This document shows, piece after piece, positions 29,029 to 39,167 of a stretch of DNA of 64,000 nucleotides (positions are counted from its first letter, which is position 1; each line of letters opens with the position of its first letter). A program made the position numbers and the translations under genes. The notes beneath the pieces are model-generated. The model ran no database searches, had not been told where the DNA came from, and worked only from the letters and a program-made list of their open reading frames with translations. Location of the stretch: IMG/VR virus record IMGVR_UViG_3300042975_000100, positions 1-64,000 of that record, one strand, 5' to 3'. Origin of the DNA: a virus (taxonomy: Duplodnaviria > Caudoviricetes).

Positions 29029-30938
29029 ACACTATGGGAACTGAATTAGTTACTAACGTTGTAAGCAAAACAAATCTGAGAAAGGCTCAGCTGAATGCAT
29101 TCCGCATTGCTGCTGAAACTCTTACGTGTGCTTTCGGACCGTATGCATCTACTACGGCTATTCGTCATGGCGAAACCGAGAAAGATCAGTTCGGTGGCAC
29201 TACCTATACTAAGGATGGTCATACCATTCTTAAAAGCCTGCTGATCAATCGTCCGATCGAGATGTCTGCTATTGAAGATCTGAAACGTATTACGTCTGAG
29301 ACTGTAAAGAAGGTCGGCGATGGAACGACTTCTGCGACCATTCTGTCGTATATCATCTATCAGTGGCTTACGTTTGCCAACAATAAGTTTGGCATTCCTG
29401 AATCTCGTCTTGTACGTGATCTACAGAGTACGACGAAGCAGATCATCGATCTGATCGAGACGAAGAAGCGTCCATGTACCTCTATGGATATCTTCGAGAT
29501 TGCCATTATCTCCACGAATGGCAACGTAGAAGTTTCTAATGCCATCAAGCAGCTCTATGAGAAGCATGGCATGGGTGTATTTATCGACGTAGGCATTTCC
29601 AATACGGAAGAGCATGTAGTCAAAGAGTACGATGGCCTGACCTTTGATCAGGGCTATTACAATGCTGGCTTCATCAACAATGAGGCAAAGGGTACTTGCG
29701 AGATCGATCGTCCGAAGATCTATGTATTTGAAGATCCGGTAGATACTCCATCTATGCGTACATTCTTTGATAAGATTCTGTATGACAATATCTGGGGTCC
29801 GCTCAGCTCTTATGCTTCCGCTAAGCAGCAGGGTAAAGAAACGAAGGTATCTATCGTTCCGACTGTTATCTTCAGCCCGGCATATGGCCATGATATGAAG
29901 TCTATGGCTGATGATGTAATGGCACGCTTTGGCCAGTTCCCGGTCAACCAGAAGCCGCCATTCCTTTCTGTAACGAATATCCATGATAAAGATGCTCTGT
30001 CTGATCTTTGTACTTTGACTGGGGCGCGTCTGATCAAGAAGTATCAGCTTCCGGAAGAGGAGAAAGAGGATCAGGAACGTGGTCTTGCTCCGACGCTTGA
30101 GACTATTCATGAGTTCTCTGGCACGGCTGGTCGTGTAGTTGCAGATGCAGCAAAGACCAAGGTAGTAGATCCTGGTCTGATGTTCGTATACAACTCTGAT
30201 GGTAGTATCGAAAAAGACGAAAACGGCAATCCTGTACACAGCAACATTTATGAGAACCTGCTCAATGCTTGTGAACTTCAGCTCAAGCAGCTTGAGAATG
30301 AGCATAAAGAACTGACTCAGATCTATCTGCTGAAGAAGAGAATCAACTCTCTCAAAGGCAACATGGTAGAGTATCTGGTTGGTGGCGTATCAACATCTGA
30401 TCGTGATTCCGTCAAGGATCTGGTTGAGGATGCTGTATTGAACTGCCGTAGTGCTGCTGCTGAGGGCGTTGGCTATGGTGCTAACTTCGAGGCTCTGCGT
30501 GCTCTCAATACCCTTGCCAAGAAAGAGTCTCCGGATGTAGCTATTGATCCGAATAAGCAATACTCCATGGTTTCCATGCTGCTTGATGCATATACGACGA
30601 TGGCACAGACTCTGTACAAGAGTGCTCTTGATGGTAATGCTCAGGAGGCGCTTCAGCTGGTAGCTCTTAGCGTAGCAAAAGATCGTCCTTGCAATCTTGC
30701 TGAGCTCGTTGTTACTTCTGATGGTGCTGGTGGACACAATATCACTGATGAAGCTGTTGACGCAGCATTCAATGAAGCTCGTCCGGTTCTTAGCTCCATC
30801 AAGTCTGATGAGGTAATTCTCAATGCGATTTCCAAGATCATTGGCGTTACGTTCGCAACGAATCAGTATTTCGTTCAGGACCCGCGCTATAACATCTATG
30901 AAGATGCTCCGGTAGTTGCAGCCGCAGTAACGAAATAA
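29025..30938 (+). CDS. groEL: Phage chaperonin (GroEL/Cpn60-like)
   Basis: FGPY, TKDGHTIL, VGDGTTSAT, ISTNG, EYDGLTFDQGY, VEDAVLNCRSAAAEGVGYG. Confidence 0.92.
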   Translation: MNTMGTELVTNVVSKTNLRKAQLNAFRIAAETLTCAFGPYASTTAIRHGETEKDQFGGTTYTKDGHTILKSLLINRPIEMSAIEDLKRITSETVKKVGDGTTSATILSYIIYQWLTFANNKFGIPESRLVRDLQSTTKQIIDLIETKKRPCTSMDIFEIAIISTNGNVEVSNAIKQLYEKHGMGVFIDVGISNTEEHVVKEYDGLTFDQGYYNAGFINNEAKGTCEIDRPKIYVFEDPVDTPSMRTFFDKILYDNIWGPLSSYASAKQQGKETKVSIVPTVIFSPAYGHDMKSMADDVMARFGQFPVNQKPPFLSVTNIHDKDALSDLCTLTGARLIKKYQLPEEEKEDQERGLAPTLETIHEFSGTAGRVVADAAKTKVVDPGLMFVYNSDGSIEKDENGNPVHSNIYENLLNACELQLKQLENEHKELTQIYLLKKRINSLKGNMVEYLVGGVSTSDRDSVKDLVEDAVLNCRSAAAEGVGYGANFEALRALNTLAKKESPDVAIDPNKQYSMVSMLLDAYTTMAQTLYKSALDGNAQEALQLVALSVAKDRPCNLAELVVTSDGAGGHNITDEAVDAAFNEARPVLSSIKSDEVILNAISKIIGVTFATNQYFVQDPRYNIYEDAPVVAAAVTK

Positions 30939-31019
30939 ATCATAAAATGATGGTAAATAAAGGCTACGAGTTTCTTCGTAGCCTTTAAATACCGCGTTTT
31001 AAAATCGAGGTGAAATTAT

Positions 31020-31814
31020 ATGCGTATGACATTTAATGAGTATATCAAGAATCCGGCTGGTAAAGATAACGCTGTATACAGTGCTAGAGAAATGTTCAAG
31101 AAGATGTATACTGAGAAGTATAGCAAGGTAATGACTAGGGAAGCTGGTCATATGTCCACGTCGATGTATATCAAAGGCAACAGTGTTCTCAGTGCCAGTG
31201 ATTATATCATTCATCTCAGAGTTCCATCTGAAACTGTAGCTCATTTCTTCTATGATGTGGTGATAAGCTTTAGTACATCTAATGCTATTCATGCTATCGG
31301 AAATGACTTGTTCGACTATGATGCTAAGTTCTATAGCAATGATCCAGCATTCGTATTCACTTTTGCTCATTCGTTCATAAAGAACAAGATGTTCTTCGAG
31401 GATCTTAGATCTAAGATGAGTAAGATAGCTATTAGGGATAAGGCTAAAGTACGCAATCCTAAAGATGTAATCGGGTATGTGAAGACGATCTACTTTGCTT
31501 ATCTGTATATGAAGGATCATGGGCTTAACAATAAAGCACAGTGGAGCACAGCTGTATCGTACAATCCAAAGTACCTTCTCGACAATGTAATGCCGGCAGA
31601 TAATAAGGTAGCTCTTCGTCAGGAAAAGCGTGGAGAAAAAGCCGATAACTCCAAACCTATTGAAAAGAAGAAGAAGCATTTTGAAGTTCAGGGTGCTACT
31701 AGTAACATTACTCGTCGTAAAGGTGCCGGTAAGCTTACAAGAAAGGCTAATAGAGTCAATAAAGCTAAGCGCGCAGGTATGGTAAACACGGTTCGTTCGG
31801 GACGTATCGTATAA
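31020..31814 (+). CDS. Hypothetical protein with a basic C-terminal tail
   Basis: GAGGTG RBS; lies between the chaperonin and the sigma-like gene. Confidence 0.8.
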   Translation: MRMTFNEYIKNPAGKDNAVYSAREMFKKMYTEKYSKVMTREAGHMSTSMYIKGNSVLSASDYIIHLRVPSETVAHFFYDVVISFSTSNAIHAIGNDLFDYDAKFYSNDPAFVFTFAHSFIKNKMFFEDLRSKMSKIAIRDKAKVRNPKDVIGYVKTIYFAYLYMKDHGLNNKAQWSTAVSYNPKYLLDNVMPADNKVALRQEKRGEKADNSKPIEKKKKHFEVQGATSNITRRKGAGKLTRKANRVNKAKRAGMVNTVRSGRIV

Positions 31815-31876
31815 ACTGCAAGTAGATTATATATTATAATTTTGAAAGTAAAATCTCAATAGGGAGGAATTTACAA

Positions 31877-33568
31877 TTGCAACAGACTGCTATGAGACTT
31901 GTAGAACCGTCAGAGGTTATACCAGTTGACCAATGGTTACCAGAGAGCCCGTCAGATGTATTATTTGACCATGCTCGATCTGCAATTATCCTTAACATCG
32001 CTCCATTGTACGGATTGGAGAGTGAAAAGGAAAATATCAATTATTTCGTTATGTCACCGAATAGGTGCTATAATGGAGATACAAAAGTTAAGTATAAAAA
32101 GGAAGGTAAGAACGTAGCAGACGTATATCATACGATTACGGATGAGGTTCTTGCCAAGTATGATGAAATGGTGCAAGCCGGATTGATCAAAGAGTACAGT
32201 ACATCTGTAGGATTCAGAGATCATTTTTGCCGTTACATCAATTATTTCGAGAAGTTTTATGATAAAGATCACTGGCTGTTTGCATTCTATGCAAGAATCA
32301 AATTCATGATTGACTATATGCCTGGATATCCTGAGTATACAGCAGAAGGTTTGATTAGTGATCTGAAGAGATGCATCATTGATTATAGAAACAAAGATGG
32401 TTCGTTCTCAATGCTGCATGCATGTATATCCAATATGGTTAATGACAATTATTTCATCAACCAGACTTATGAGAATTCGATGAATGAATGCTTGGCATAT
32501 AACAATCACCATGCAAAAATTCTTATGGAAATCTCTATCATCTTTAACATGGGGATTCCTATTCTCTCTCATTACGCATTCAAAGCCGGATTGGCATCAG
32601 TGGATGTCAACCGTCTGTTCATGATGTTCTTCGATGAAGTCTATAAGATGACTAAAGAGAAGCATGGAGTTGATATGTTCAGTAAGCTTTATGAGACTAC
32701 TGAAAGCAATGTCATCAAGAATGTAAAGAGAAATGGAATGCTCTGGGATATGCAGGATATCCGTGGTATCAATCCTACTACCTTGATATTCAAGATTGTA
32801 GAGCAGATTACCAGACAGCTTATTCCTAAGTATGTATTTGATAAGAACGTAGTGTTCTTTAACTTTAATGCTATTCTCAGTGAGCTTAGATATAAGGTTA
32901 CTGATAATGAGTATGAGTTTAAGCTTGCATCTGTATCATCATCTGATAGAGATGAAGATAATAACTCTGCTGCTGATAAGTTTGAAGCGCATATCTCTAA
33001 AGTAAATGAAGCATTGGTATTGCAGTCAAATGTAAACTGCGATAGTACAATGGAAAAGATAGAGCAGCTCTATGGGCCATTCTCTAATGAGGAGATTGAG
33101 TTCTATAAGAAAGAGCTTACTCGTAATGGAAGACCTATCAAGACCGAGTATCAGACGTATCTTATCTCTTACTTGTTCTTGAAGTATTTCAAAGATAAAG
33201 GTGCTACGACACTTGTAAACAACCGTAACTATATCAAACTTATGATTGCGGCTAAGAGATTTCTCTATAGTGCAGGACTAACCATTCTGCCTGAGATTAT
33301 CGCTGGTCGTGCTGAGCGTATTGTTACAAAGAAAGTTGTAAACAAGAAGATCAAGCTCCGCATTCAGATGTCCGAAATGTATCCACGAGTTCAGGCTAAA
33401 TATCAAAACCCGAAACTTGAGGATAATATCTTCGGACATATTGCAAAGATTCTGGCATCAGATTTCAGAATGATTGATTTCCACCATCCGGAACTTAATG
33501 GCCGGAAGTTGGAACCTATTCCTGAACTTCTCTGCGAAGAATTCTTGCAATTTGTAATGATGATTTAA
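31877..33568 (+). CDS. Non-virion RNAP promoter-specificity (sigma-like) subunit, AR9 gp226-like
   Basis: Recalled similarity along the length (IPIL, SKLY, IPK, DEDNNSAADKFE, ILPEII, LCEEFLQFVMMI C-end); early promoter at 31830; two genes from the chaperonin, like AR9 g228/g226. Confidence 0.7.
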   Translation: MQQTAMRLVEPSEVIPVDQWLPESPSDVLFDHARSAIILNIAPLYGLESEKENINYFVMSPNRCYNGDTKVKYKKEGKNVADVYHTITDEVLAKYDEMVQAGLIKEYSTSVGFRDHFCRYINYFEKFYDKDHWLFAFYARIKFMIDYMPGYPEYTAEGLISDLKRCIIDYRNKDGSFSMLHACISNMVNDNYFINQTYENSMNECLAYNNHHAKILMEISIIFNMGIPILSHYAFKAGLASVDVNRLFMMFFDEVYKMTKEKHGVDMFSKLYETTESNVIKNVKRNGMLWDMQDIRGINPTTLIFKIVEQITRQLIPKYVFDKNVVFFNFNAILSELRYKVTDNEYEFKLASVSSSDRDEDNNSAADKFEAHISKVNEALVLQSNVNCDSTMEKIEQLYGPFSNEEIEFYKKELTRNGRPIKTEYQTYLISYLFLKYFKDKGATTLVNNRNYIKLMIAAKRFLYSAGLTILPEIIAGRAERIVTKKVVNKKIKLRIQMSEMYPRVQAKYQNPKLEDNIFGHIAKILASDFRMIDFHHPELNGRKLEPIPELLCEEFLQFVMMI

Positions 33569-33629
33569 AAGGGATTTAGGGTAAGCAGTAATGCTTACCC
33601 TTTATTTTTCTTTTTAAGGAGGCATTAGA

Positions 33630-34691
33630 ATGGAACTGCAAGAACAACTGCGTTCATTCTTATTAGAAAAACTATCCGATGCTATACCAGCATCTGGTGG
33701 TAAAGAGGTTGTAGTGCGTTGTCGATTCTGTGGCGATAGCCAATCAGATAGAAATGCACGACATCTCTATATTTCATTAGGATCTAAAGAAAAACCTCCT
33801 ATGTATAACTGTTTCAAATGTGGAGAGCACGGAATTCTTACAAAATCTGTGTTAGAAACGCTAGTAGATACGGTTGATGATGGAGAGTTAGTTGGTAATC
33901 TTAATACAGCATTGAGTAAGTATTCTAAGATGCATAAAACACATGGAAAGAATACTGTATTCAATATAAGAATAGATTACAATAACACAGATGCATTAGA
34001 TGATGCTAAGCTACTGTATATTAACAAGAGACTTGGCTTGAATCTGACATATAGTGATTTGGTAATGAATAAGATAGTGCTGAATCTTAGAAACTTGATT
34101 ATAGATAATCACATTACTGAACTCACTAGAGATGAAAGAAGCGTTATGGAATTGGCCGAAAGCTTCTTAGGATTTCTGTCTATGAATAATGGATATGTAA
34201 CGATGAAGAACCTTAGACCCGGTAAGGTGTCTAAGTACGTTGATCATAAATACGTCGATTACGCTTTGTTTGATTCAGAGAGTAATAGCCGTAGATTCTA
34301 TAGCATTCCAACTACGGTTAATTTGTTGGACCCAACTCCTATTAAAGTTCATATTGCAGAAGGATGTTTTGATATACTTGGAATATTCTATCATGTATGT
34401 AATGGGAATAGGTATCAGAATCTGTATATAAACTGTGGGGATAAAGCATATAACAATGTAGTGAAGATGCTATTGAAAGAGTATGGACTGATCAATTGTG
34501 AGTTTTATCTGTATCCAGATAATGATGTGCAAACTAAAGATATTTATATCAATACTTTTGGTAGACCATTGCACATAATCAGAAATAGATATCCTGAAGA
34601 AAAAGATTTCGGAGTACCCGAATCACGCATTAAACCGATGCCTGAGGCAAGTTATACCGGAAACCGGTTCAATCGCACAAATCGCTATTAA
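33630..34691 (+). CDS. DNA primase (zinc finger + TOPRIM)
   Basis: RCRFCGDS...HLYI...YNCFKCG; IAEGCFDILG; YPDND. Confidence 0.85.
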   Translation: MELQEQLRSFLLEKLSDAIPASGGKEVVVRCRFCGDSQSDRNARHLYISLGSKEKPPMYNCFKCGEHGILTKSVLETLVDTVDDGELVGNLNTALSKYSKMHKTHGKNTVFNIRIDYNNTDALDDAKLLYINKRLGLNLTYSDLVMNKIVLNLRNLIIDNHITELTRDERSVMELAESFLGFLSMNNGYVTMKNLRPGKVSKYVDHKYVDYALFDSESNSRRFYSIPTTVNLLDPTPIKVHIAEGCFDILGIFYHVCNGNRYQNLYINCGDKAYNNVVKMLLKEYGLINCEFYLYPDNDVQTKDIYINTFGRPLHIIRNRYPEEKDFGVPESRIKPMPEASYTGNRFNRTNRY

Positions 34692-34770
34692 TGACGTTTC
34701 TAATCCCATTGGTTCAGCACCAATGGGATTTTATTTTTTGTGGAAACATCGAAGTAAAGAGGTGAAAACG

Positions 34771-36015
34771 ATGGGTAGATTTATAAATACCACTTATAAT
34801 AATACAGTAAATTCACTAGTGACTGCAGCTAATGAAAAACTGCAGAATCCATTTACTACCTTCCCTGATGGGAAAGGACCTACAGAGGTAACGTTCTTTA
34901 ATATCAATAAAGATAAGAGTACCTTTGATAAAGCTACAGGAGATACGTACGAAGAGTACGGACCAGATTCTTCCTTATTCTATGATAAGATTGAGAAAGT
35001 TTTCTTATTCGGTCTTGCACATATCGAAATTGATATAGAGCAGGGTGAATTTGGTTCTGAATCTAATAAGGTTCAGGGAGAGTGCTATCTCCCGCCTAAT
35101 ACATTCAAACCGTACCAGTCTAGTTATTTTTTGATCAATTATCTCAAAGGTAAGAGAATTCTCTTCCGTGTAGTCAATGTGAATAGAGATACACTGGACA
35201 ACGGTGGCAACTTCTATAAGATTGATTACGAGGCTGATCTGGTTGGTGAAGCAGCCATAGCCCAAATTGAAAGATCTGTAGTTCGTAAATTTACGATGCT
35301 TGCCAACTTCATTGGTACCGAAACCAGATGTGTTATTCAGAATGATGAATACCAAACAATAGTTAAGATTCAGAATGCATGTGACGAACTTCGTAACTAC
35401 TATCATGATATGTTCTTCAAGCCAAAGGTTCAAACCTTTGTCTATAAGTATTCTGATAGAGATAAAGGGATTTATTTCTATGATCCGTTCATGATAGAAT
35501 TCCTTACGAAGAATGGGATACTGTATGGATCTAATAAGTTTGAGTATATATCTCAGGCATGTGTATTGCCACAATCATTTACAATAGATTATAATAGATC
35601 TGTATTTAGAATGATTGAGACTCAGAATGCTAATCAAGAGATCTATCGGGTTTATGCTACAAGAATATATGATCCGATGAGTTTAATGACTGTGCGACTT
35701 GAAGACTACTATTCGATCTCTATACGTGATGAATCTGGAGAGCGTATTAGCGGTGTATTAGCAGATCCAATTGATTGCTTTGATACCGTATTTATAGATG
35801 CTTTACAGGGTAATAAGATATTCGATGAAAATGATTTCAGATACTATATGAATATCACTCTTGATTCTTTCTATAATAGAGATATCACAGAACATCAAGT
35901 TGATTCTATCTATAAGATAAACTTTGTTCCTTGCAAAGAGCTGTTCTACATGATACCTCTAACGATATTTTCCCTTGAAAGGTACGTTTACAGACGGCTT
36001 AAAACTACGTCGTAA
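34771..36015 (+). CDS. Virion structural protein (possible neck/head-tail joining)
   Basis: Late motif at 34745, GAGGTG RBS, ATG 34771. Confidence 0.65.
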   Translation: MGRFINTTYNNTVNSLVTAANEKLQNPFTTFPDGKGPTEVTFFNINKDKSTFDKATGDTYEEYGPDSSLFYDKIEKVFLFGLAHIEIDIEQGEFGSESNKVQGECYLPPNTFKPYQSSYFLINYLKGKRILFRVVNVNRDTLDNGGNFYKIDYEADLVGEAAIAQIERSVVRKFTMLANFIGTETRCVIQNDEYQTIVKIQNACDELRNYYHDMFFKPKVQTFVYKYSDRDKGIYFYDPFMIEFLTKNGILYGSNKFEYISQACVLPQSFTIDYNRSVFRMIETQNANQEIYRVYATRIYDPMSLMTVRLEDYYSISIRDESGERISGVLADPIDCFDTVFIDALQGNKIFDENDFRYYMNITLDSFYNRDITEHQVDSIYKINFVPCKELFYMIPLTIFSLERYVYRRLKTTS

Positions 36016-36049
36016 ACATAAGAGTAAATTGCAAGGAAGGAGATATATC

Positions 36050-36382
36050 ATGACTAGACAGGTTGATGAATTTCTTTTGCGTGAAATGGAAAGTGAAGAT
36101 GTAGCAGACACGATCCATTCATGTGTTGATGGTACTGATGAAATCATAGAAGCTATGATGGAAACAGAGAGCAAAAAAGAAGTTTCTGATAGGGTTTTCC
36201 CGGTAGCGGAAAAATACCAAGAGACTATAGATCCAGAAACTCTTCGTATAGCCGAATCCTTATGCAAAGATGAGTATAGCTGCGAATGCGGTGAACTCGT
36301 TGGAGAGAAGAACGAAGGTCGTACATGTAAGAGTTGTGGCAAAAAAGTAACAAAGGGAGGAAAGAAACATGCATCCAATTGA
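36050..36382 (+). CDS. Small acidic protein with an RNAP beta-prime-type zinc ribbon
   Basis: DEYSCECGELVGEKNEGRTCKSCGKKV; late motif at 36015; AAGGAG RBS. Confidence 0.65.
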   Translation: MTRQVDEFLLREMESEDVADTIHSCVDGTDEIIEAMMETESKKEVSDRVFPVAEKYQETIDPETLRIAESLCKDEYSCECGELVGEKNEGRTCKSCGKKVTKGGKKHASN

Positions 36383-36641
36383 TGAAGAGCTTATTGGAAT
36401 CGGCGGAAGCGATATTATCGCTGAAGAAGCTTCTGGAGAGGCTGAAGACGTTGATCACATCATCGATGACGAGGAAGAAGAAGAGCAGGAAGCTGAGGAT
36501 GAACTCCTCGGCGATAGCGCACGCGATGATGAAGTTGATATTGTTGTAAACTCTGACCTCGAAGAGCATCCTGAAGAGGATGACGATGATGACGAGGCCA
36601 AAGAGATTACTATAAAAATTAAATTTGGAGGTAAAGACTAA
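36369..36641 (+). CDS. Very acidic small protein
   Basis: GGAGG RBS; D/E-dominated 90 aa. Confidence 0.7.
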   Translation: MHPIDEELIGIGGSDIIAEEASGEAEDVDHIIDDEEEEEQEAEDELLGDSARDDEVDIVVNSDLEEHPEEDDDDDEAKEITIKIKFGGKD

Positions 36642-37123
36642 TGGAAATCACGACAAAGAAAGTTAATATGTATGCAGCCAGCCCGACGACTGTCGGATTT
36701 GGTATTCCTAGAGTTGGAAATCTGAGAGGCATTACTATGACGGTAGCTGACATTCGTCAGGCTCTGCGTAGCCATGCACATATCGAGGAGATCATGGACG
36801 ATGGCCGTTTGGTTCCGCTCGATTTCTCGAACTTTGACAAAGACAATTCTGTTGCCAGCGAACTGACGCAGGCAGCTCCGGTTGTAAGCATTGTTACTCC
36901 GCTTGGTGAGCAGACTCCGATCGATGTCGCTAAGAAAGCAGAAGCTGCTAAAGCTGCTGCAGAGGCTGCAAAACCTGAGACGACTGTAGAGGTTCATGAG
37001 CCGCCGGCTTGTGATCCGTTTGCCGATGTAGCTGCTGATGCTAAGAAAGCAGAAGCAACTGTTACAAAGGTAGAGGAAGAGAAGAAAGCTGACGACAAGA
37101 CGGCTGATTCGAAGAAAAAATAA
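36641..37123 (+). CDS. Hypothetical virion-associated protein with Ala/Lys/Glu-rich tail
   Basis: GGAGGT RBS, coupled start, biased codons. Confidence 0.8.
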   Translation: MEITTKKVNMYAASPTTVGFGIPRVGNLRGITMTVADIRQALRSHAHIEEIMDDGRLVPLDFSNFDKDNSVASELTQAAPVVSIVTPLGEQTPIDVAKKAEAAKAAAEAAKPETTVEVHEPPACDPFADVAADAKKAEATVTKVEEEKKADDKTADSKKK

Positions 37124-37124
37124 A

Positions 37125-37315
37125 AAATAAGAGACTGGGTAAGGCCATTTGCCTTACCCGGTTTCTTGTGTCTCTTAACAAAGTATGATATCACCCATGT
37201 GATCACCATCTTTGCATAGATAAAAACTGAGCATCTAACTCCTCCCAGGATACCTTTTCTATCAGGCAGTATAAAACTACCTATCACATCATCTTGATGC
37301 TCACCTCTTACCATT
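37125..37315 (-). ncRNA. Candidate early structured small RNA (or mRNA for a 19-aa peptide, 37234-37175)
   Basis: TATATTAT at 37319-37326, several stems and a terminator at 37131-37165 with a U-run. Confidence 0.4.
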
Positions 37316-37396
37316 ATTATAATATATAATTCTAAATACGCCAATTTACAATGCTTTACTGAAACATACGAGTAAATGGTAAAGGAGGTAATATGA

Positions 37397-38245
37397 GTGA
37401 ATCCGTTAGCTTATATAATTTGTGAATCTACAGCTCAGGATGTAGAATTCAATATTGTAAATCAAAATAGAAACTTTGTAATTGCTGAGGGTATTCTCCA
37501 GGAAGCCGAAGGCGAAAATCGTAATCATCGCTGCTATGCTAGGGAAGATCTCTTTAAAGAGATTACCTCTCCGAGACAGCAGGAATTGGTTCAGAGCGGA
37601 AACTTCAAAGGAGAAGCAGGCCATCCAATGGATGTGAATCTTGCTCGTCAGCAGACTATTGATCCTACCCTTGTTCAGGTTTGGTATACTAAACTTTGGA
37701 TGGACGGAAACTTGGTTAAAGCCCATTTCAGAGGTACAAACAATGAACTTGGTCGTGGATTCAATGCAGACCTTCTGGATGGTCAGAAACCATCATTCTC
37801 TCTTCGCGCTCTTGGCAGAATTGAGAATCAGAAAGGTAAAGCGTATGTAAAAGGGCTTAAGATCGTTACATATGATCGTGTATACTATCCGTCTCATTCA
37901 AAAGCCTACACTAGTAAGATCATCAGTGATGATGCTGAAAAGGTAATGGCGAATAGTGCTAAGTTTAGCACTCCTATTAGTGTCAAAGAAGCCGGCAATA
38001 ATATGGTGATGACAGAGAGTGGTATTCTTTCGCCAATTTGCTCTGAATCTGTTCGTAACTATCTTATCTCTGAATCTGCAAACATCGATTTCATTCGTAA
38101 GAATTTTGATACTTTCTATGAGAGCATCAAACTTACGGAAGATGGAAACAGTGTTGCTTTGACGACTAAAGACTATGATACGATTCTTGTTCCGGTAGAG
38201 CGTCATATCTCTAACGAAATTATGGAATTTTGCTCGAAATTATAA
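37397..38245 (+). CDS. Prohead core protein protease (T4 gp21-like)
   Basis: NRNHRCY, GEAGHP, SFSLRALG, VTYDRVYYPSH; late motif at 37363. Confidence 0.9.
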   Translation: MNPLAYIICESTAQDVEFNIVNQNRNFVIAEGILQEAEGENRNHRCYAREDLFKEITSPRQQELVQSGNFKGEAGHPMDVNLARQQTIDPTLVQVWYTKLWMDGNLVKAHFRGTNNELGRGFNADLLDGQKPSFSLRALGRIENQKGKAYVKGLKIVTYDRVYYPSHSKAYTSKIISDDAEKVMANSAKFSTPISVKEAGNNMVMTESGILSPICSESVRNYLISESANIDFIRKNFDTFYESIKLTEDGNSVALTTKDYDTILVPVERHISNEIMEFCSKL

Positions 38246-38284
38246 AAAATAAACCCCAGCCACATAAAGGCTGGGGATATTTTT

Positions 38285-39088
38285 TTAGCTCATAGCTATT
38301 AAGTCATATGGTGTTCGTGTGTACCGTCTATTTATTTCATGGACAGTGCATCTGACATCTACTGCATTAGTTCTAGGAAAGAAATACCCTTTACAACTAA
38401 CCTGATAATAATCTTCTATCGTATCGATGATAGGAGTTAACTGATTAGGATCTATAACAGCATTTCCTCTCTTAACAACCCAGTGTTCTGGCGGTGTTGT
38501 ATAACCATCCTTCTGGGTGCTAAGAAGTACAGTTGTATAGTCCCTGAATAAGCGATCATCATTTATCTGAGCTATATACTTATTCATGATCTTTGATACT
38601 AAAACTGCAGGGGTCATCGAAATATATCCAGTGTTCCCATCTTTTTGAAGCAGCTCGTATTTACCCTTCAAAATATCAATGTTGAGAGGTCCAAGACATC
38701 TCTGAAGATAATTAGCATGATCGATTATCCACTTGATAGCATTCTTATTATTAGAATCCTCTATCCAGTTATGATATGCTATATCATTGTGATATCTTAT
38801 CATATTGATATCCTGATCAAGATGAGATTTCTCATGCGCTACTATATACAGTATGCTAGTAATCATATCTTTATCTTCTTGATATTGACACTCTTCAACA
38901 CAGTAATTGTATAGACGCGGTATATGGAATATAATGCTTCCTGTACTAGACGATGACCAGGCCATCGTACCTTTAGTTGGTGTACATTGAAATTTGACCT
39001 TATTACATTTCACCATTGGGTTCAATGCACCTTCTATCAAATTAGAAATATACATGATTGTTCTAACGATCTTTTCTTCTGTTATCAT
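38285..39088 (-). CDS. Zincin-like (HExxH) metallopeptidase-domain protein, early
   Basis: IVAHEKSHLDQ...IE; AAGGAGG RBS; TATATTAT at 39113. Confidence 0.6.
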   Translation of the reverse strand: MITEEKIVRTIMYISNLIEGALNPMVKCNKVKFQCTPTKGTMAWSSSSTGSIIFHIPRLYNYCVEECQYQEDKDMITSILYIVAHEKSHLDQDINMIRYHNDIAYHNWIEDSNNKNAIKWIIDHANYLQRCLGPLNIDILKGKYELLQKDGNTGYISMTPAVLVSKIMNKYIAQINDDRLFRDYTTVLLSTQKDGYTTPPEHWVVKRGNAVIDPNQLTPIIDTIEDYYQVSCKGYFFPRTNAVDVRCTVHEINRRYTRTPYDLIAMS

Positions 39089-39167
39089 ATTATTGATTCC
39101 TCCTTCATCTATATAATATATGGCCAGACTGATTTTTACATTTAGGTAATAAAGGAGTTGATTAGAA

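Noticed and set aside
37230-37312. Resemblance to a lysine riboswitch start (AGAGGUG...AAG)
   Set aside because: The downstream conserved elements and a regulated gene are missing.
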